Positions 18,405 through 26,621 of a stretch of DNA of 64,000 bases are shown piece after piece (position 1 is the first letter of the stretch; the number at the start of each line of letters is the position of its first letter). Position numbers and translations under genes: made by a program. The notes below the pieces were generated by a model. That model was not told where the DNA came from and did not search any database. It saw nothing but the letters and a program-made list of their open reading frames with translations. The stretch lies in contig CAVXGK010000001.1 in the NCBI GenBank assembly GCA_963761305.1, positions 1,152,001-1,216,000 of the forward strand, in the 5' to 3' direction. The stretch comes from an uncultured Gemmatimonadaceae bacterium. Lineage in GTDB: Bacteria; Gemmatimonadota; Gemmatimonadetes; Gemmatimonadales; Gemmatimonadaceae.

Positions 18405-19016
18405 CTACGGGCGCAGCAGCTCCAGGAACTGCGTCAGCGCGCGGTGCGTGAGTCCCCAGACGACGAAGTCGCCGTGGCGGAACGCGTCGACGTCGCGCGG
18501 CCCGACGTTGCGAATCGCCACGACTGCGCGCCCCCACGCGCTCGGGTCGACGAGGCGTTCGAGCGGAACCCAGAATGCCTCGGCCACCTCGGCGCTCGGC
18601 GCGGCGGTCGCGTCGCGGCCGGCCACCGCGACGAACGGGCGAATGACGATCGGCGGAAGCGCTGGAGTTCGCGGCGCCACGTCGTCGAGCGCGCCGAGGA
18701 TGCGCCCGTCGCGCGCGAGATCGACGCCCGTCTCTTCGAGCGTCTCACGCATCGCGGTGTGGGCGAGATCAGGGTCGCCGGGCTCCATGCGTCCGCCGGG
18801 ACACGCGACGTGTCCGCTCCACGGATCGCGCTCGACTTCGGCGCGACGGATCATCAGCAGCTCGGGCTCACCGTTCGCGGCGGGACGCAACACCAGCGCG
18901 ATCGCCGCGTAGCGCTCTTCGCCGGTCGCGGTCACGGCGAGCGGCGTTCGCTCGGCGATGCGCCGGGCGATTCGGGCGATGTCAGGTCGTGCGAGAAATT
19001 CGTCCAGCGACGTCAC
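18405..19016 (-). CDS. Nudix CoA pyrophosphatase
   Basis: WSGHVACPGG plus Nudix box AMRETLEETG; VWGLT. Confidence 0.92.
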   Translation of the reverse strand: MTSLDEFLARPDIARIARRIAERTPLAVTATGEERYAAIALVLRPAANGEPELLMIRRAEVERDPWSGHVACPGGRMEPGDPDLAHTAMRETLEETGVDLARDGRILGALDDVAPRTPALPPIVIRPFVAVAGRDATAAPSAEVAEAFWVPLERLVDPSAWGRAVVAIRNVGPRDVDAFRHGDFVVWGLTHRALTQFLELLRP

Positions 19017-19019
19017 CTG

Positions 19020-19373
19020 TCATTCCACCTCGCCGCCGGCGTCCGCCCAGCCGCGAATGCCGCCCGACATCGACGCGACCTTGTCGTAGCCCATCGTCCG
19101 CAGCGTGTCGGCCGAGAGGGTCGAGCGGCTCCCCGACGAGCAGTAGAGGACGACGTTGGCGTCGCGCGCCACCTGCGCTTCGATCCGGCTCTCGAGGTGG
19201 CTGCGCGGAACGTGGACGGACCCGGGAATCTTCGCCGCGTTCACTTCCTGAATCTCGCGGATGTCCACCAGCACGACCGGCTCGCCGCGCTGCTGCATGT
19301 CGAGCACCTGGCGCGGCGTCACTTCGCGGACGCGCGCCTTCGCCTCCGTCATCAACTGCGGATACGTCTTCAT
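19020..19373 (-). CDS. Rhodanese-like sulfurtransferase
   Basis: LVDIRE, YCSSGSRS active loop, MSGGIRGW. Confidence 0.92.
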   Translation of the reverse strand: MKTYPQLMTEAKARVREVTPRQVLDMQQRGEPVVLVDIREIQEVNAAKIPGSVHVPRSHLESRIEAQVARDANVVLYCSSGSRSTLSADTLRTMGYDKVASMSGGIRGWADAGGEVE

Positions 19374-19386
19374 GCGTCGCGGTCGT

Positions 19387-20304
19387 TCATCGTTCGATGA
19401 TGATCGTTCGTTGATCGGCGTCGAGCACGGCAGTGGCGCCGAGCGGCAGCGTGAACTGATCGTCGACGTGGCCGAACGGCGCGTTGGCGATGCACGGCAC
19501 CCCGCAGCGGTCGGCGGCCTCCTGCAATATGCGCTCGAGCGGAAGCGACCGTTCGGCCTCGCTGGTGTCGGGCGGAATGTCGGTGAAGCGGCCGAAGACG
19601 ATGCCGGCGCACTTGGCCAACGCGCCGGACAGCGCGAGTTGCGTGAGCATGCGGTCGATGCGATACACGGCTTCATTCACGTCCTCGAGCACGAGGATCG
19701 CGCCATCGAGATCGACCGCGTACGGCGTTCCCACGAGCGACGCGACGAGCGCGAGATTCCCGCCGGCGAGGCGGCCGCGCGCGCAGCCGGCGCGCAGCGT
19801 GACGGTGTCGTCGTGACGCACGACGTACGGCGACGCGCCCGACGACACCGCCGTGACGAGCGATTCACGCGTCAGGTCGGTGAGCACCGCGCGCGCGGTC
19901 GGTCCGTGATACGTGACGAGATCCGCTCGCGCGCCGATCGCCGCGTGCAGCGCGGTGATGTCGGAATAGCCGATCAACGCTCTTGGTTTCCAACGCCACA
20001 CGTCGTAGTCGATGCCTTGGAGCAACCGCATCGCGCCGTAGCCGCCGCGAATGCACCAGATGCCGTCGATCGAGTCGTCGGCCGCCGCCGCGACGAGATC
20101 GGCCAGGCGATGCGCGTCGCGGCCGGCGAAGTATCCGTCGCGCTCGAGCACGTGCGCGCCGGGCACAGCGTCCCAACCGAGCTCGCGCGCGTTGTTCATC
20201 GCGCGCTCGAGATCGCCCGGGTCGCGCAGCGGACCGGAGGGCGCGACGAGCGCGACACGCGCGCCGGCCGAAAGAAGGGGTGGAAAGCGCATCGACGTGG
20301 ACAT
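19387..20304 (-). CDS. LD-carboxypeptidase (peptidase S66)
   Basis: CIRGGYGA, IGYSDIT, GGNL, LVLEDV, FGH. Confidence 0.95.
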   Translation of the reverse strand: MSTSMRFPPLLSAGARVALVAPSGPLRDPGDLERAMNNARELGWDAVPGAHVLERDGYFAGRDAHRLADLVAAAADDSIDGIWCIRGGYGAMRLLQGIDYDVWRWKPRALIGYSDITALHAAIGARADLVTYHGPTARAVLTDLTRESLVTAVSSGASPYVVRHDDTVTLRAGCARGRLAGGNLALVASLVGTPYAVDLDGAILVLEDVNEAVYRIDRMLTQLALSGALAKCAGIVFGRFTDIPPDTSEAERSLPLERILQEAADRCGVPCIANAPFGHVDDQFTLPLGATAVLDADQRTIIIER

Positions 20305-20368
20305 ACGCACGCGCGAACGAACTCGTCAACTCGGGACGACCTCGTCAATCGTTGTCTTTGGTCGCATC

Positions 20369-20383
20369 TGGCACTGTTGGTGC
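20369..20383 (+). promoter_or_regulatory. Possible sigma54 -24/-12 promoter TGGCAC-N5-GTGC
   Basis: GG-N10-GC spacing, about 70 bp upstream of ATG 20456. Confidence 0.4.
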
Positions 20384-20455
20384 GGAAATCGAAGTCCCGC
20401 CGGGCGCATCCGTGCCCGGCAATGGACTAATGGACTCATGATCGGAGGAAGGACC

Positions 20456-20785
20456 ATGGCGGACCGCGACAACGATCGCAGCAACGTCGGCGACAACGAT
20501 CCAATCAACAATCCGAGCAAGTCGGGCAGTCCGGGGTCGAGTGGTTCGAGCGGTTCTGGTGGCACGAGCGGGTCGAACAATCCGAAGAATCCGAATCCGT
20601 CGAGTGGAACGAAACCGGGCGGCGGCATGACTGGAACGCCGGGCGGTGGCAGCGGAAGCGGCAGCGGATTTGGTTCCGGCGGCTCGCAGCAAGGCAAGAC
20701 GCCGTCGCAGGGCACGGGCGGATCGACGCAGAAACCGGGCACCGGGAATCCGGGAACCGGATCGGGGAATCCCAGCAACAGGTAG
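20456..20785 (+). CDS. Small low-complexity G/S/P/N-rich hydrophilic protein
   Basis: GGAGG RBS, ATG, own terminator; MADRDNDRSNVGDNDPINNPSKSGSPGSSG... Confidence 0.75.
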   Translation: MADRDNDRSNVGDNDPINNPSKSGSPGSSGSSGSGGTSGSNNPKNPNPSSGTKPGGGMTGTPGGGSGSGSGFGSGGSQQGKTPSQGTGGSTQKPGTGNPGTGSGNPSNR

Positions 20786-20823
20786 GTTCGCGGGTCTGAT
20801 TGGATCGTCGTCAGGTCCTTTGA

Positions 20824-20863
20824 GGGTCGCGAGCGGTCGCCACCGCTCGCGGCCCAGTTTTTT
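20824..20863 (+). terminator. Rho-independent terminator
   Basis: GGGTCGCGAGCGGT-CGCC-ACCGCTCGCGGCCC stem followed by a T-run. Confidence 0.85.
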
Positions 20864-20916
20864 GTCCGTTTTAGCGCGTGTTCGTCGTGCGACGCGCCGC
20901 GCGGTAAGTTCCGCGC

Positions 20917-22179
20917 GTGTCGTTGCCGACGCGTGTACTCGTGGCGCTTGGCGCCGGAATCGCGGCAGGGATCGCGCTTGGCCAGATCGACGCCGGCGCC
21001 TCGCGCACGATCGTCGCCGTCGTTGAACCGTTCGGAACCCTCTTCGTCAACGCGATTCGCATGACGGTCGTGCCGCTCGTCGTGTCGAGCCTCATCGTCG
21101 GCGTCGCGTCGACGGACGACCGCGCGATGCTGGCGCGCGTGGGTGGGCGCGGCGTGTTGGTGTTCGTCGTGTTGCTGTCGCTCTCGGGGCTTCTCGCGGC
21201 GATCGTGACGCCGCCGCTGGTCTCGCGCCTTCAGCTCGACCCGTCCGCCGTCGCTCAAGTTCGCGCGGCCTCGCCGTCGGCGAGCACCGTCGCGGCTGGC
21301 GCCGCCGCCATCAAGGGTCCCGCGGCGTGGCTCGTGTCGCTCGTTCCGGCCAACGCCATCGCGGCAGCCGTGGACGGCACGATGCTGCCGCTCATCGTCT
21401 TCGCGCTCGCCCTCGGACTGGCGCTCGGCCGCGTCGAAGCACACGCCCGCGACGAAGTCGTGACCGTGTTTCGCGCTATCGCCGAGTCGATGCTCACGTT
21501 GGTGCGATGGCTGTTGGTCGTCGCGCCGATCGGCGTGTTCGCGCTTGCCCTGCCGCTCGCGGCGCGTCTCGGGATCGCCGCGGTCGGAGCGCTCGCGTTG
21601 TACGTGGTCATCGTGTCCGTCGCCGCCGTCGGGCTCATCGTGTTCGTGCTCATGCCGGCGTCGGCGTTGAGCGGCGGCGTCCCGCTGCGACAGTTCGCGC
21701 GCGCGGCGCTCCCCGCGCAGGCCGTGGCGTTTTCGTCGCGGTCGTCGCTCGCTGCGCTGCCGGCGTTGATCGACTCGGCGCGCACCCGCCTCGGCATGCC
21801 CGACGAGATGACCGGATTCTTCCTGCCGTTCGCGTCGGCGATGTTTCGCGTCGCGGCGCCGTTCAGCATGACGGCCGGCGCCGTGTTTCTGTCGAAGCTC
21901 TATGGAATCAGCATGTCGCCGGCGCAGCTCGCGACCGTCGTGGTGACGGCCGTGCTGACGAGCTTCAGCGCGCCGGGAATTCCCGGCGGCTCGATCCTCG
22001 TCATGGTTCCGGTGCTGAGCAGCATTGGACTGCCGCTCGAGGGACTCGGCATTCTGCTCGGCGTGGACACGATCCCCGACATTTTCCGGACCACGGCGAA
22101 CGTGACGGGCCAACTCACGGCGGCCACGATCGTCGCGCGGAGAGCGGAGCCGGCGCGCGAAGCCGCGCTGGTGCCGTGA
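20917..22179 (+). CDS. Dicarboxylate/amino acid:cation symporter (DAACS)
   Basis: NAIRMTVVPLV, AFSSRSSLAALP, PGIPGG, DIFRTTANVTG. Confidence 0.95.
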   Translation: MSLPTRVLVALGAGIAAGIALGQIDAGASRTIVAVVEPFGTLFVNAIRMTVVPLVVSSLIVGVASTDDRAMLARVGGRGVLVFVVLLSLSGLLAAIVTPPLVSRLQLDPSAVAQVRAASPSASTVAAGAAAIKGPAAWLVSLVPANAIAAAVDGTMLPLIVFALALGLALGRVEAHARDEVVTVFRAIAESMLTLVRWLLVVAPIGVFALALPLAARLGIAAVGALALYVVIVSVAAVGLIVFVLMPASALSGGVPLRQFARAALPAQAVAFSSRSSLAALPALIDSARTRLGMPDEMTGFFLPFASAMFRVAAPFSMTAGAVFLSKLYGISMSPAQLATVVVTAVLTSFSAPGIPGGSILVMVPVLSSIGLPLEGLGILLGVDTIPDIFRTTANVTGQLTAATIVARRAEPAREAALVP

Positions 22180-23336
22180 CTCCCGTCGGAGCACCGCTCC
22201 TTTGGACGCTGCCGTGGATCGTGCCGCCTGTTGTGGCGATCGTCCGCGCGCTCGATTCGCGGTCGCTCGACGACTACGCGGCAACCGTCGAAGGCGAAGC
22301 GCCGCCGGTGTCGGTCGTCATCCCCGCCCGCAACGAAGCGCGCAACATCGAGAAATGCGTGCGATCGGTGCTCGCGACCAACTATCCGAACGTCGAGGTC
22401 ATCGTCGTCGACGACCACTCGACGGACGGCACCGGTGACATCGCGCGACGCATCGCGCCGAGCGACGATCGCCTTCGCGTGCTCGCCGCGCCGGACCTGC
22501 CCGCCGGGTGGTTTGGAAAGCAATGGGCGTGCGCCGCGGGCGCGCGCGCGTCGTCTGGATCGCTCCTCTGTTTCACCGACGCCGACACGGCGCACGCGCC
22601 GGACCTTCTCGCGCGCGCCGTCAATGCGCTGCGCGCCCGCGTCGCCGATCTGCTCACCGTCGCCGGCGCGCAGGAGATGCTCGGCTTCTGGGAGCGGATC
22701 GTCCAGCCGCAGTTGTTCGCGCTGCTCTCCATTCGCTATGGGGGCACGGAGCACGTGAGCCGCGCCAAGCGCCCCGCCGACGCGATCGCCAACGGCCAAT
22801 TCATTCTGGTGCGACGCGCCACGTACGACGCGATGGACGGGCACGAGCGCGTGCGAGATCTCGTCGCCGAGGACATGGCGATGGCGCAGGAGTGGGTGCG
22901 CGCCGGCCGGAGAATCGCGCTGCTCACTGGAGTCGAGCAACTCTCCACGCGCATGTACGCCGGCTACCGGGAGCTCGTGTCCGGCTGGCGCAAGAACATT
23001 TACGCCGGCGGGCGACACGCCGCGCTCGGCGGACGTTTAGGACGCGTGTTGTATCCGGTGATTCTCCCGGCGCTGCCGCTGTTCTCGCTCGCGCCGCCGA
23101 TCGTGCTGCTGCTCTGCGCGATCGGCGTGCTGTCGAGCGGCTGGCTCGTGTGGTCTGCAATGGTCTACGCCTTGAGCGCCGTGTTCTGGGCACTGCTCTA
23201 CGCCTGGCTCCGACAGCCGCCGTGGTACGCGCCGCTCTACCCGCTCGGGTCGGCGGTGTTGTTGATCATCGCCGGCGGCGCCGTGCGACGCGGGCGGCGA
23301 GTGGAGTGGAAGGCGCGAGAATACATCGCGCGCTGA
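22176..23336 (+). CDS. Glycosyltransferase family 2, membrane (CrtQ/HpnB-like)
   Basis: VVIPARNE, VDDHSTDGT, GWFGKQWAC, FTDAD, ANGQFIL, VAED. Confidence 0.9.
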   Translation: MTPVGAPLLWTLPWIVPPVVAIVRALDSRSLDDYAATVEGEAPPVSVVIPARNEARNIEKCVRSVLATNYPNVEVIVVDDHSTDGTGDIARRIAPSDDRLRVLAAPDLPAGWFGKQWACAAGARASSGSLLCFTDADTAHAPDLLARAVNALRARVADLLTVAGAQEMLGFWERIVQPQLFALLSIRYGGTEHVSRAKRPADAIANGQFILVRRATYDAMDGHERVRDLVAEDMAMAQEWVRAGRRIALLTGVEQLSTRMYAGYRELVSGWRKNIYAGGRHAALGGRLGRVLYPVILPALPLFSLAPPIVLLLCAIGVLSSGWLVWSAMVYALSAVFWALLYAWLRQPPWYAPLYPLGSAVLLIIAGGAVRRGRRVEWKAREYIAR

Positions 23337-23420
23337 TCGCACACCGCTCTCGAAATGAAATGAGAGGATCCGCAATGGCGTGATCCCGGAGAATCGCGCG
23401 CGCACTGCTAGCGTCGGCGC

Positions 23421-26400
23421 GTGCCGATCGCATCGCTCCACGCCGCCGCCGAGCTGCTCACCGCGGCCGACTCTCCGACCGGACTCGCCGCCGTCGCGCG
23501 TTCGATTGGTTGTGACGGCGATCCCGCGCCACTCGACCTCGACACGCAACGCGGCCTCGGCCTGGACGACGCCATCGTCGACGCGAGCGTGGCCACCGGC
23601 GCGGGCGCCCTGCGCGCACTCCTGCTCACGGTGCGCGACGACGTCTCGATCCGCGAGGTTTTACCACGCCTCGCGGGCCGGCTCGCCACGCGCGCGGCGC
23701 ACGTGCTCTGGATCGTCGTCGCGTCCCAGCGGTCGCGGGGCGACGTCGCGATCGCCGCGTGGGCGGGAGATCGCCGCCCCCCGCGCGTCGCCGCGATCGT
23801 CGTCGATCGCCGGCATCCGGTGGACAGCGACGCCGAAACGTTGCGCGCCCTGTCGGTTGCGGCGGGCGAGCGCGACGTGCTCACGCACGCACGGTGGGTC
23901 GAGGTGCTCGGCCGTGATTCGCTCACGGCTCGCTTCTATCGCGCGCTGGAACGTGCCGTCTCGACCATCGCCACATCGTCGGCCGTGGGTAGAGACGCAC
24001 AACGGCGCGACGCGGCGCTGCTCGACACGTCGCGACTCGTCTTCCTCTCGTTCCTGGAGGCCAAGGGCTGGCTCGACGGCGACCGCGGCTTCCTCGTCCG
24101 CCACTTCGAGCGTTGCATGGCGCACGGCGGCCGGTTTCGCGACCGCGTGCTCCGTCCGCTGTTCTTCGGCACGCTCAACACGCCGTTCAGTCGGCGCGCA
24201 TCAACTGCCCGGGCGTTCGGTCGCATTCCTTTCCTCAACGGCGGTCTCTTCGCACGAACGCCGATCGAGCGGGCCCTTCGCGGCCTGGCGTTTTCGGACG
24301 ACGCGTTCGGCGCGTTGATCTTCGACGTCTTCGCGCAATACCGCTTCACTGCGCGCGAGGAGACGACAACGTGGACCGAAGCGGCCGTCGATCCCGAGAT
24401 GCTCGGCCGCGCCTTTGAATCGCTGATGGCGCCCGCCGAGCGGCGGCGCACCGGCGCATTCTTCACGCCGTTCTCGCTCGTGGAGCGCGTCTCGGCGTCG
24501 GCACTCGCGGCGGCGCTCGGCGACGACGGCGCGCGGGCGCTCGCCGGCGAGCCGTTGCGCCCGGCGAGAGCACGCGTGGTTCTCGAGTCACTCGACCGGC
24601 TCACGGTGCTCGACCCGGCGTGCGGTTCCGGCGCGTTTCTCGTCCACGCGCTCGAGCGGATCGCGTCACTGCGTTCCTCGCTCGGCGATGGCCGCGACGT
24701 CAGCTCGATTCGCCGCGACGTGCTCACGCGCTCGATCTTCGGCGTCGACGTCAATCCGACCGCGGTATGGCTGTGCGAGTTGCGTCTCTGGCTCTCGGTG
24801 GTGATCGAGAGCGAGGTGAACGATCCGGTCGCCGTCACGCCGCTGCCGAACCTCGACCGCAACGTGCGCACAGGCGACGCGTTGTCCGGCCGCGCGTTCG
24901 GATCGCCCGACGTGCCTCGCGGCGACGCCGCCCACCTTCGAACGCTTCGCGAGCGGTACGCGCGAGCGACGGGACGTCGCAAGGCATCGTGCCTGCGACA
25001 GCTCGAGCGCGCCGAGCGTGCGTACACGGTCGCGGCGATCGGAGGGGAGTTGCGCGCCGTGGCGGCAAAACGCCGCGACGTTCTCGTCGCGCGCCGGGGC
25101 CGCGATCTGTTCGGCGAGCGATATCAGCCCACGCGCGACGAGCTGAACGCCGCCGCGGCGCTCAGATCGGTTGCGAAGGCACTTCGTGCATCGCGACGGC
25201 GTATTCTCGACGGCGGCGCGCTGCCGTTCGCGTTCCCGACGCACTTCGCCGACGTCGAAGCGCGCGGCGGCTTCGGCATCATCGTCGGCAACCCCCCGTG
25301 GGTGCGCGCGCATCGCGTTCCCCAGTCGCAGCGCGCGATCTATCGCCGCGACTACGACGTCGCGCGGGCGGCGGCGTGGGAGCCGGGCGCCGCTGCCGCC
25401 GGCGCGGGCCGAGGATTCGCTGCTCAGGTAGACGTCGCGGCGCTGTTCGTCGAACGGTCGCTCCGGTTGCTCGCCCCCGGTGGCACGATGGCGCTCCTGC
25501 TTCCCGTGAAGCTCTGGCGGTCCCTCGCCGGCGGAGGCGTACGCCGATTTCTCGCCGATGGCGCGCGCATCGTGCGCGTCGAGGACCACGCGCGAGCGTC
25601 GGGCACATTCGACGCTGCCGTCTACCCGTCACTCCTCGTCGCGCAGCGACGCGTCGACGACTCGGCTCGCGCAAAGAACGCGATGCTCGTCGAAGCGTCG
25701 GTGCACGACAACGCGACGACCGGCATCGCGTGGCGACTTCCGGCGCACGACCTTCCGTTCGACGCCAGCCGCGGCGCACCGTGGCTTCTGCTTCCACCCG
25801 ACGCGCGACGCGGATTCGACCGACTCCGCGAGCTCGGCCGGCCGCTCGCCGAGTCGGAGCTCGGCCGGCCACGACTCGGCGTGAAGTGCGGATGCAACGA
25901 CGCATTCGTGGTCGAGATTCTCGGCTCCGACGAAGACCTCGTCGACGTGCTCACGATGGATCGCAAGCGCGTGACCATCGACCGCACGATGCTGCGGCCG
26001 TTGCTCAAGGGCGAGCGTCTCCGCCGTTGGACGGTGCCGCCGTCTGTCGACGCGATCATCTGGACGCACGACATGCACGGCAGCGCGCTGCGATCGTTGC
26101 CCACTCGAACCGAGCGTTGGCTCTCCGGCTGGCGTCGACAGCTCGCCGCTCGCTCCGACGCCCGCGATCACGCGCCGTGGTGGTCGCTCTTTCGCACCGA
26201 GGCAGCGGCCACCGAACGCGCTCGCGTCGTGTGGGGCGATGTCGGACGCGAGCCGCGCGCGTCGGTTCTGTTGTCGGGCGACACGCGCGTGCCGCTCAAC
26301 ACCTGCTATGTCGTGCGCTGCCCGGACGCGAGTGACGCCTTCGCGCTCGCCGCGCTGCTCAACGGGCCGCTCGCGCGTTCGTGGCTCGACGCGCTGGCGG

Positions 26401-26621
26401 AGCCGGCGCGCGGCGGGTATCGGCGCTACCTCGGTTGGACGATGTCTCTGCTTCCGATTCCATACGAGTGGCAACGTGCGCGCGATGTCCTCGCCCCGCT
26501 CGGCGAGTCCGGCGCGTGCGGCCGCCCGCCGAGCGACCAGGAATTGTTAGACGCGTCGCTGACGGCCTATGGTGCGGACCGGCGCGCAACGGCGGCGCTC
26601 GTCGCGTGGACCGGCCTGTGA
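23421..26621 (+). CDS. Large N6-adenine DNA methyltransferase (Eco57I/TaqI-like)
   Basis: GAFFTP, motif I VLDPACGSGAFL, motif IV IVGNPPW, PFLNGGLF, VDPEMLGRAFE; C-terminal TaqI-like target-recognition region. Confidence 0.92.
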   Translation: MPIASLHAAAELLTAADSPTGLAAVARSIGCDGDPAPLDLDTQRGLGLDDAIVDASVATGAGALRALLLTVRDDVSIREVLPRLAGRLATRAAHVLWIVVASQRSRGDVAIAAWAGDRRPPRVAAIVVDRRHPVDSDAETLRALSVAAGERDVLTHARWVEVLGRDSLTARFYRALERAVSTIATSSAVGRDAQRRDAALLDTSRLVFLSFLEAKGWLDGDRGFLVRHFERCMAHGGRFRDRVLRPLFFGTLNTPFSRRASTARAFGRIPFLNGGLFARTPIERALRGLAFSDDAFGALIFDVFAQYRFTAREETTTWTEAAVDPEMLGRAFESLMAPAERRRTGAFFTPFSLVERVSASALAAALGDDGARALAGEPLRPARARVVLESLDRLTVLDPACGSGAFLVHALERIASLRSSLGDGRDVSSIRRDVLTRSIFGVDVNPTAVWLCELRLWLSVVIESEVNDPVAVTPLPNLDRNVRTGDALSGRAFGSPDVPRGDAAHLRTLRERYARATGRRKASCLRQLERAERAYTVAAIGGELRAVAAKRRDVLVARRGRDLFGERYQPTRDELNAAAALRSVAKALRASRRRILDGGALPFAFPTHFADVEARGGFGIIVGNPPWVRAHRVPQSQRAIYRRDYDVARAAAWEPGAAAAGAGRGFAAQVDVAALFVERSLRLLAPGGTMALLLPVKLWRSLAGGGVRRFLADGARIVRVEDHARASGTFDAAVYPSLLVAQRRVDDSARAKNAMLVEASVHDNATTGIAWRLPAHDLPFDASRGAPWLLLPPDARRGFDRLRELGRPLAESELGRPRLGVKCGCNDAFVVEILGSDEDLVDVLTMDRKRVTIDRTMLRPLLKGERLRRWTVPPSVDAIIWTHDMHGSALRSLPTRTERWLSGWRRQLAARSDARDHAPWWSLFRTEAAATERARVVWGDVGREPRASVLLSGDTRVPLNTCYVVRCPDASDAFALAALLNGPLARSWLDALAEPARGGYRRYLGWTMSLLPIPYEWQRARDVLAPLGESGACGRPPSDQELLDASLTAYGADRRATAALVAWTGL

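Noticed and set aside
16327..18537. 736-aa minus-strand ORF and similar long antisense ORFs (e.g. 20326-22284, 31812-33371, 62215-63846)
   Set aside because: Antisense or alternative-frame shadows of well-supported genes, expected in high-GC DNA; no motifs.
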